A program made the translations under genes and the position numbers. The notes beneath the pieces are model-generated. The model was given only the letters and a program-made list of their open reading frames with translations, did not search any database and was not told the origin of the DNA. Below are positions 55,801-64,000 of a stretch of 64,000 nt of DNA, in pieces. Location of the stretch: the NCBI GenBank assembly GCA_964016885.1, contig OZ024741.1, positions 246,078,001 through 246,142,000 on the forward strand, in the 5' to 3' direction. Each line of letters starts with the position of its first letter. The first letter of the stretch is position 1. This stretch comes from Eledone cirrhosa. Lineage: Eukaryota.

Positions 55801-58800
55801 TTTACAAATTATCTCCCCCTGATTTTTTTTACAAATTATCTCCCTCTGATTTTTTTACAAATTATCTCCCCTTGGCTGGCTGGAAATTATCTCCCCTTGG
55901 ACGGCTAGAAATTACCTCTCCTTGGACGGCTGGAAAATATGTCTCCTTGGACGGCTGGATATTATCTCCCCTTGGACGGCTGGAAATTATCTCCCCTTGG
56001 ACGGCTGGAAATTATCTCCCCTTGGACGGATAGATATTACCTCCCCTTGGACGGCTGGAAATTATCTCCCCTTGATTTTTTTACAAATTATCTCCCCCTG
56101 ATTTATTTTACAAATCTCCCAATGATTTTAAAAAAAAATTATCTCCCCTTCGCTGGCTGGAAATTATCTCCCCTTGGACGCTGGAAATTATAGCCCCTTG
56201 GAGGGCTGGAAATTATCTTCCCTTGGACGGCTGGAAATTATCTCCCCTTGATTTTTTTTACAAATTATCTCCCCCTGATTTTTTTTACAAATTATCTCCC
56301 CCTGATTTTTTTTTACAAATTATCTCCCCCTGATTTTTTTACAAATTATCTCCCCCTGATTTTTTTTACAATCTCCGCCTGATTTTTTTAAAAATTATCT
56401 TCCCTTGGCTGGCTGGAAATTATCTCCCCTTGGACACTGGAAATTATAGCCCCTTGGAGGGCTGGAAATTATCTTCCCTTGGACGGCTGGAAATTATCTC
56501 CCCTTGATTTTTTTTACAAATTATCTCCGCCTGATTTTTTTTACAAATTATCTCCCCCTGATTTTTTTTTACAAATTATCTACCCCTGATTTTTTTTTAC
56601 AAATTATCTCCCCCTGATTTTTTTTACAAATTATCTCCCCCTGATTTTTCTTTTACAAATTATCTCCCCCTGATTTTTTTACAAATTATCTCCCCCTGAT
56701 TTTTTTTACAAATTATCTCCGCCTGATTTTTTTAAATATTATCTTCCCTTGGCTGGCGGGAAATTATCTCCCCTTGGACGGCTGGAAATTATCTGCCCTT
56801 GATTTTCTTTTTACAAATTATCTTCCACTGATTTTTTTTACAAATTATCTCCACCTGATTTTTTAAAAAATTATCTCCCCTTGGAAGGCTGGAAATTATC
56901 TCCCCTTGGACGGCTGGAAATTATCTCCCCTTGGACGGCTAGAAATTATCTCTCCTTGGACGGCTGAAAATTATCTCCCCTTGGACGGCTGCAAATTATC
57001 TCCCCTTGATTTTTTTTACAAATTATCTCCCCCTGATTTTTTTTACAAATTATCTCCCCCTGATTTTTTTTACAAATTATCTACCCCTGATTTTTTTTAC
57101 AAATTATCTCCCCCTGATTTTTTTTTACAAATTATCTCCCCCTGATTTTTTTTTACAAATTATCTCCCCCTGATTTTTTTTTTACAAATTATCTCCCCCT
57201 GATTTTTTTACAAATTATCTCCCCCTGATTTTTTTTACAATCTCCGCCTGATTTTTTTAAAAATTATCTTCCCTTGGCTGGCGGGAAATTATCTCCCCTT
57301 GGACGGCTGGAAATTATCTCGCCTTGCACGGCTGGAAATTATCTCCCCTTGGCTGGAAATTATCTCCCCTTGGACGGCTAGAAATTATCTCTCTTTGGAC
57401 GGCTGGAAATTATCTCCCTTTGATTTTTTTTACAAATTATCTCCCTCTGATTTTTTTTACAAATCTCCCCCTGATTTTTTAAAAAAAATTATCTCCCCTT
57501 CGCTGGCTGGAAATTATCTTCCCTTGGACGGCTGGAAATTATCTCACCTTGATTTTTTTTACAAATTATCTCCGCCTGATTTTTTTTTAAAATTATCTCT
57601 CCTTGGACGGCTGGAAATTATCTCCCCTTGATTTTTTTTACAAATAATCTCCCCCTGATTTTTTTTTATAAATTATCTCCCCCTGATTTTTTTTTACAAA
57701 TTATCTACCCCTGTTTTTTTTTACAAATTATCTCCCCCTGATTTTTTTTACAAATTATCTCCCCCTGATTTTTCTTTTACAAATTATCTCCCCCTGATTT
57801 TTCTTTTACAAATTATCTCCCCCTGATTTTTTTACAAATTATCTCCCCCTGATTTTTTTTACAAATTGTCTCCGCCTGATTTTTTTAAATATTATCTTCC
57901 CTTGGCTGGCGGGAAATTACCTCCCCTTGGACGGCTGGAAATTATCTGCCCTTGATTTTCTTTTTACAAATTATCTTCCACTGATTTTTTTTACAAATTA
58001 TCTCCACCTGATTTTTTAAAAAATTATCTCCCCTTGGAAGGCTGGAAATTATCTCCCCTTGGCTGGAAATTATCTCCCCTTGGACGGCTAGAAATTATCT
58101 CTCTTTGGACGGCTGGAAATTATCACCCCTTGAGTTTTTTACAAATTATCTCCCCCTGATTTTTTTTACAAATCTCCCAGTGATTTTTTAAAAAAAATTA
58201 TCTCCCCTTCGCTGGCTGGAAATTATCTCCCCTTGGACGCTGGAAATTATAGCCCCTTGGAGGGCTGGAAATTATCTTCCCTTGGACGGCTGGAAATTAT
58301 CTCCCCTTGATTTTTTTTACAAATTATCTCCCCCTGATTTTTTTTTACAAATTATCTCCCCCTGATTTTTTTTTACAACTTATCTGCGCCTGATTTTTTT
58401 AAAAAAATTATCTCCCCTTGGACGGCTGGAAATTATCTCCCCTTGGACGGCTGGAAATTATCTCTCCTTGGACGGCTAGAATTTACCTCTCCTTGGACGG
58501 CTGAAAATTATCTCCCCTTGGACGGCTGGAAATTATCTCCCCTTGATTTTTTTTACAAATTATCTCCCCCTTTTTTTTTTTTACAAATTATCTCCCCCTG
58601 ATTTTTTTTTACAAATTATCTCCCCCTGATTTTTTTTTACAAATTATCTCCCCCTGATTTTTTTTACAAATTATCTCCCCCCTGATTTTTTTACAAATTA
58701 TCTCCCCTTGGCTGGCTGGAAATTATCTCCCCTTGGAGGCTGGAACTTATCTCCCCTTGGACGGCTAGAAATTACCTCTCCTTGGACGGCTGGAAAATAT

Positions 58801-59198
58801 GTCTCCTTGGACGGCTGGATATTATCTCCCCTTGGACGGCTGGAAATTATCTCCCCTTGGATGGCTGGAAATTATCTCCCCTTGGATGGCTAGATATTAC
58901 CTCCCCTTGGACGGCTGGAAATTATCTCCCCTTGATTTTTTTAACAAATTATCTCCCCCTGATTTTTTTTTACAAATGATCTCCCCCTGATTTTTTTTAA
59001 AAAATTATCTCCCCCTGATTTTTGTTTACAAATTATCTCCGCCTGATTTTTTTTAACAAATTATCTCCCCTTGGACGGCTGGAAATTATCTCCCCTTGGA
59101 CGGCTGGAAATTATATCTCCTTGGACGGCTAGAATTTACCTCTCCTTGGACGGCTGAAAATTATCTCCCCTTGGACGGCTGGAAATTATCTCCCCTTG
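49673..59198 (+). repeat. 9530-bp higher-order unit, copy 2 (one 27-bp B monomer shorter)
   Basis: Collinear with 40143-49672. The offset drops from 9530 to 9503 in the B run near 56300. Confidence 0.94.
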
Positions 59199-59879
59199 AT
59201 TTTTTTTACAAATCATCTCCCCCTGATTTTTTTTTACAAATTATCTCCCCCTGATTTTTTTTTACAAATTATCTCCCCCTGATTTTTTTTTACAAATTAT
59301 CTCCATCTGATTTTTTTACAAATTATCTCCCCTTGGCTGGCTGGAAATTATCTCCCCTTGGAGGCTGGAACTTATCTCCCCTTGGACGGCTAGAAATTAC
59401 CTCTCCTTGGACGGCTGGAAAATATGTCTCCTTGGACAGCTGGATATTATCTCCCCTTGGACGGCTGGAAATTATCTCCCCTTGGACGGCTGGAAATTAT
59501 CTCCCCTTGGATGGCTAGATATTACCTCCCCTTGGACGGCTGGAAATTATCTCCCCTTGATTTTTTTTACAAATTATCTCCCCCTGATTTTTTTTTACAA
59601 ATTATCTCCCCCTGATTTTTGTTTACAAATTATCTCCGCCTGATTTTTTTTTTTAAATTATCTCCCCTTGGACGGCTGGAAATTATCTCCCCTTGGACGG
59701 CTAGAAATTACCTCTCCTTGGACGGCTGAAAATTATCTCCCCTTGGACGGCTGGAAATTATCTCCCCTTGGACGGCTGGAAATTATCTCCCCTTGGATGG
59801 CTAGATATTACCTCCCCTTGGACGGCTGGAAATTATCTCCCCTTGATTTTTTTTACAAATTATCTCCCCCTGATTTTTT

Positions 59880-62800
59880 TTTACAAATTATCTCCCCCTG
59901 ATTTTTTTACAAATTATCCCCCCCTGATTTTTTTTACAAATTATCTCCGCCTGATTTTTTAAAATATTATCTTCCCTTGGCTGGCGGGAAATTATCTCCC
60001 CTTGGACGGCTGGAAATTATCTGCCCTTGATTTTCTTTTTACAAATTAACTTCCACTGATTTTTTTTACAAATTATCTCCCCTGATTTTTTTAAAAATTA
60101 TCTCCCCTTGGAAGGCTGGAAATTATCTCCCCTTGGCTGGAAATTATCTCCCCTTGGACGGCTAGAAATTATCTCTCTTTGGACGGCTGGAAATTATCAC
60201 CCCTTGAGTTTTTTACAAATTATCTCCCCCTGATTTTTTTTACAAATCTCCCAGTGATTTTTAAAAAAAAATTATCTTCCCTTCGCTGGCTGGAAATTAT
60301 CTCCCCTTGGACGCTGGAAATTATAGCCCCTTGGAGGGCTGGAAATTATCTTCCCTTGGACGGCTGGAAATTATCTCCCCTTGATTTTTTTTACAAATTA
60401 TCTCCCCCTGATTTTTTTTTACAAATTATCTCCCCCTGATTTTTTTTTACAACTTATCTGCGCCTGATTTTTTTAAAAAAATTATCTCTCCTTGGACGGC
60501 TGGAAATTATCTACCCTTGGACGGCTGGAAATTATCTCTCCTTGGACGGCTAGAATTTACCTCTCCTTGGACGGCTGAAAATTATCTCCCCTTGGACGGC
60601 TGGAAATTATCTCCCCTTGATTTTTTTTACAAATTATCTCCCCCTGATTTTTTTTTACAAATTATCTCCCCCTGATTTTTTTTTACAAATTATCTCCCCC
60701 TGATTTTTTTTTACAAATTATCTCCCCCTGATTTTTTTTACAAATTATCTCCCCCTGATTTTTTTTTACAAATTATCTCCCCCTGATTTTTTTTTACAAA
60801 TTATCTCCCCCTGATTTTTTTTTACAAATTATCTCCCCCTGATTTTTTTTTACAAATTATCTCCCCCTGATTTTTTTTACAAATTATCTCCCCCTGATTT
60901 TTTTTTACAAATTATCTCCGCCTGATTTTTTTTTAAAAATTACCTCCCCTTGGACGGCTGGAAATTATCTCCCCTTGGACGGCTGGAAATTATCTCCCCT
61001 TGGACGGCTAGAAATTATCTCTCCTTGGACGGCTGAAAATTATCTCCCCTTGGACGGCTGCAAATTATCTCCCCTTGATTTTTTTTACAAATTATCTCCC
61101 CCTGATTTTTTTTACAAATTATCTCCCCCTGATTTTTTTTACAAATTATCTACCCCTGATTTTTTTTACAAATTATCTCCCCCTGATTTTTTTTTACAAA
61201 TTATCTCCCCCTGATTTTTTTTTACAAATTATCTCCCCCTGATTTTTCTTTTACAAATTATCTCCCCCTGATTTTTTTACAAAGTATCTCCCCCTGATTT
61301 TTTTTACAATCTCCGCCTGATTTTTTAAAAAATTATCTTCCCTTGGCTGGCGGGAAATTATCTCCCCTTGGACGGCTGGAAATTATCTCCCCTTGGAAGG
61401 ATGGAAATTATCTCCCCTTGGACGGCTGGAAATTATCTCCCCTTGCACGGCTGGAAATTATCTCCCCTTGGACGGCTAGAAATTATCTCTCTTTGGACGG
61501 CTGGAAATTATCTCCCTTTGATTTTTTTTACAAATTATCTCCCTCTGATTTTTTTTACAAATCTCCCCCTGATTTTTTAAAAAAAATTATCTCCCCTTCG
61601 CTGGCTGGAAATTATCTCCCCTTGGACACTGGAAATTATAGCCCCTTGGAGGGCTGGAAATTATCTTCCCTTGGACGGCTGGAAATTATCTCCCCCTGAT
61701 TTTTTTAACAAATTATCTCCGCCTTATTTTTTTTAAAAATTATCTCTCCTTGGACGGCTGGAAATTATCTCCCCTTGATTTTTTTTACAAATAATCTCCC
61801 CCTGATTTTTTTTTACAAATTATCTCCCCCTGATTTTTTTTTACAAATTATCTACCCCTGATTTTTTTTTACAAATTATCTCCCCCTGATTTTTTACAAA
61901 TTATCTCCCCCTGATTTTTCTTTTACAAATTATCTCCCCCTGATTTTTTTTACAAATTATCTCCGCCTGATTTTTTTAAATATTATCTTCCCTTGGCTGG
62001 CGGGAAATTATCTCCCCTTGGACGGCTGGAAATTATCTGCCCTTGATTTTCTTTTTACAAATTATCTTCCACTGATTTTTTTTACAAATTATCTCCACCT
62101 GATTTTTTAAAAAATTATCTCCCCTTGGAAGGCTGGAAATTATCTCTCTTTGTACGGCTGGAAATTATCACCCCTTGAGTTTTTTACAAATTATCTCCCC
62201 CTGATTTTTTTTACAAATCTCCCAGTGTTTTTTAAAAAAAATTATCTCCCCTTCGCTGGCTGGAAATTATCTCCCCTTGGACGCTGGAAATTATAGCCCC
62301 TTGGAGGGCTGGAAATTATCTTCCCTTGGACGGCTGGAAATTATCTCCCCTTGATTTTTTTTACAAATTATCTCCCCCTGATTTTTTTTTACAAATTATC
62401 TCCCCCTGATTTTTTTTTACAACTTATCTGCGCCTGATTTTTTAAAAAAAATTATCTTCCCTTGGACGGCTGGAAATTATCTCCCCTTGGACGGCTGGAA
62501 ATTATCTCTCCTTGGACGGCTAGAATTTACCTCTCTTTGGACGGCTGAAAATTATCTCCCCTTGGACGGCTGGAAATTATCTCCCCTTGATTTTTTTTAC
62601 AAATTATCTCCCCCTGATTTTTTTTTACAAATTATCTCCCCCTGATTTTTTTTTACAAATTATCTCCCCCTGATTTTTTTTTACAAATTATCTCCCCCTG
62701 ATTTTTTTTACAAATTATCTCCCCCTGATTTTTTTACAAATTATCTCCCCTTGGCTGGTTGGAAATTATCTCCCCTTGGAGGCTGGAACTTATGTCCCCT

Positions 62801-63220
62801 TGGACGGCTAGAAATTACCTCTCCTTGGACGGCTGGAAAATATGTCTCCTTGGACGGCTGGATATTATCTCCCCTTGGACGGCTGGAAATTATCTCCCCT
62901 TGGACGGCTGGAAATTATCTCCCCTTGGATGGCTAGATATTACCTCCCCTTGGACGGCTGGAAATTATCTCCCCTTGATTTTTTTTACAAATTATCTCCC
63001 CCTGATTTTTTTTTACAAATTATCTCCCCCTGATTTTTTTTTACAAATTATCTCCCCCTGATTTTTGTTTACAAATTATCTCCGCCTGATTTTTTTTTTA
63101 AAATTATCTCCCCTTGGACGGCTGGAAATTATCTCCCCTTGGACGGCTAGAAATTACCTATCCTTGGACGGCTGAAAATTATCTCCCCTTGGACGGCTGG
63201 AAATTATCTCCCCTTGATTT
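59880..63220 (+). repeat. Partial third copy of the 9.5-kb unit (matches ~52330-55720, offset 7549 then 7503)
   Basis: ORFs 52630->60179, 53426->60975, 53794->61343 and 55248->62751 correspond. A 46-bp (21+25) deletion occurs near 62140. Confidence 0.88.
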
Positions 63221-63389
63221 TTTTACAAATTATCTCCCCTTGATTTTTTTTACAAATTATCTCCCCCTGATTTTTTTTTACAAATTATCTCCCCCTGATT
63301 TTTTTTACAAATTATCTCCCCCTGATTTTTTTTTACAAATTATCTCCCCCTGATTTTTTTTACAAATTATCTCCCCCTGATTTTTTTTA

Positions 63390-64000
63390 CAAATTATCTC
63401 CCCCTGATTTTTTTTTACAAATTATCTCCCCCTGATTTTTTTACAAATTATCCCCCCCTGATTTTTTTTACAAATTATCTCCGCCTGATTTTTTAAAATA
63501 TTATCTTCCCTTGGCTGGCGGGAAATTATCTCCCCTTGGACGGCTGGAAATTATCTGCCCTTGATTTTCTTTTTACAAATTAACTTCCACTGATTTTTTT
63601 TACAAATTATCTCCCCTGATTTTTTTAAAAATTATCTCCCCTTGGAAGGCTGGAAATTATCTCCCCTTGGCTGGAAATTATCTCCCCTTGGACGGCTAGA
63701 AATTATCTCTCTTTGGACGGCTGGAAATTATCACCCCTTGAGTTTTTTACAAATTATCTCCCCCTGATTTTTTTTACAAATCTCCCAGTGATTTTTAAAA
63801 AAAAATTATCTTCCCTTCGCTGGCTGGAAATTATCTCCCCTTGGACGCTGGAAATTATAGCCCCTTGGAGGGCTGGAAATTATCTTCCCTTGGACGGCTG
63901 GAAATTATCTCCCCTTGATTTTTTTTACAAATTATCTCCCCCTGATTTTTTTTTACAAATTATCTCCCCCTGATTTTTTTTTACAACTTATCTGCGCCTG
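63390..64000 (+). repeat. Restart of the same segment at offset 3534 from ~59860; truncated by the window end
   Basis: CAAATTATCCCCCCCTG occurs at 59910/63444, ORF 60179->63713 matches, and both carry the 4-C variant CTCCCCTGA. Confidence 0.82.

Larger units (their letters stand above)
1..64000 (+). repeat. Complex two-monomer satellite array (25-bp type A and 26-29-bp type B sharing core AAATTATCTCCCC); runs off both window ends
   Basis: The core AAATTATCTCCCC or a close variant recurs every 21-29 bp from start to end, always in the same orientation. It is followed by either TTGGACGGCTGG-like (A) or CTGA-T7-10-AC-like (B) sequence. No non-repeat sequence was seen. Confidence 0.99.

Noticed and set aside
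454-63973. Numerous + strand ORFs of 61-163 aa (LDGWKLSPLGRLEIISPWTAGNYLP / DFFYKLSPP repeats)
   Set aside because: Consensus monomer A has no + strand stop in any frame and 27-bp B units keep frame, so ORFs arise automatically. They overlap in all three frames, mostly start at TTG/CTG, are broken by T-tract length changes and show no recognisable domain.
1-64000. CRISPR-like appearance (constant core separated by variable segments)
   Set aside because: The core is only 13-16 bp, and the intervening parts are 9-13 bp of just two repeated classes rather than unique spacers. There is no leader and no cas genes.
1-64000. Telomerase-synthesised long telomeric repeat (25-bp yeast type)
   Set aside because: Two different tails, inherited point variants and multi-kb duplications indicate recombination or replication-based amplification rather than copying from one RNA template. 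I do not recognise a match to a known telomere motif.
1-64000. Phase-variation, frameshift-cassette or antigenic-variation system based on T-tract length
   Set aside because: There is no expression site, promoter, recombinase, reverse transcriptase or conserved reading frame, and tract lengths are stable between duplicated copies.
1-64000. Pure sequencing or assembly artefact
   Set aside because: Hierarchically shared variants and whole-monomer indels between copies are consistent with real evolution. Individual large duplications still need read support.

Overview
The whole 64-kb window is one uninterrupted, head-to-tail complex satellite array. I found no unique sequence, credible gene, RNA gene or transposon. 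It is built from two monomers that share a 13-bp core (AAATTATCTCCCC). Type A is 25 bp, AAATTATCTCCCCTTGGACGGCTGG (52% GC, one CpG). Type B is 26-29 bp, AAATTATCTCCCCCTGA(T7-10)AC (about 30% GC). These alternate in runs of roughly 1-12 units, about 2,400 monomers in total (estimated from length). Diagnostic variants define reusable multi-monomer cassettes and a nested series of duplications with periods of 74 bp, 858 bp, 1565 bp, about 3.5 kb, 3713 bp, about 6.5 kb, about 7.5 kb, 9530 bp and about 15.5 kb. All supplied ORFs are chance translations of the repeat. The architecture is typical of eukaryotic heterochromatic, centromeric or subtelomeric satellite, but organism and function cannot be determined from this window. 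If a novel system is present, it is the binary two-monomer array itself, with its boundary-specific variants and layered expansion history, not a protein-coding locus.
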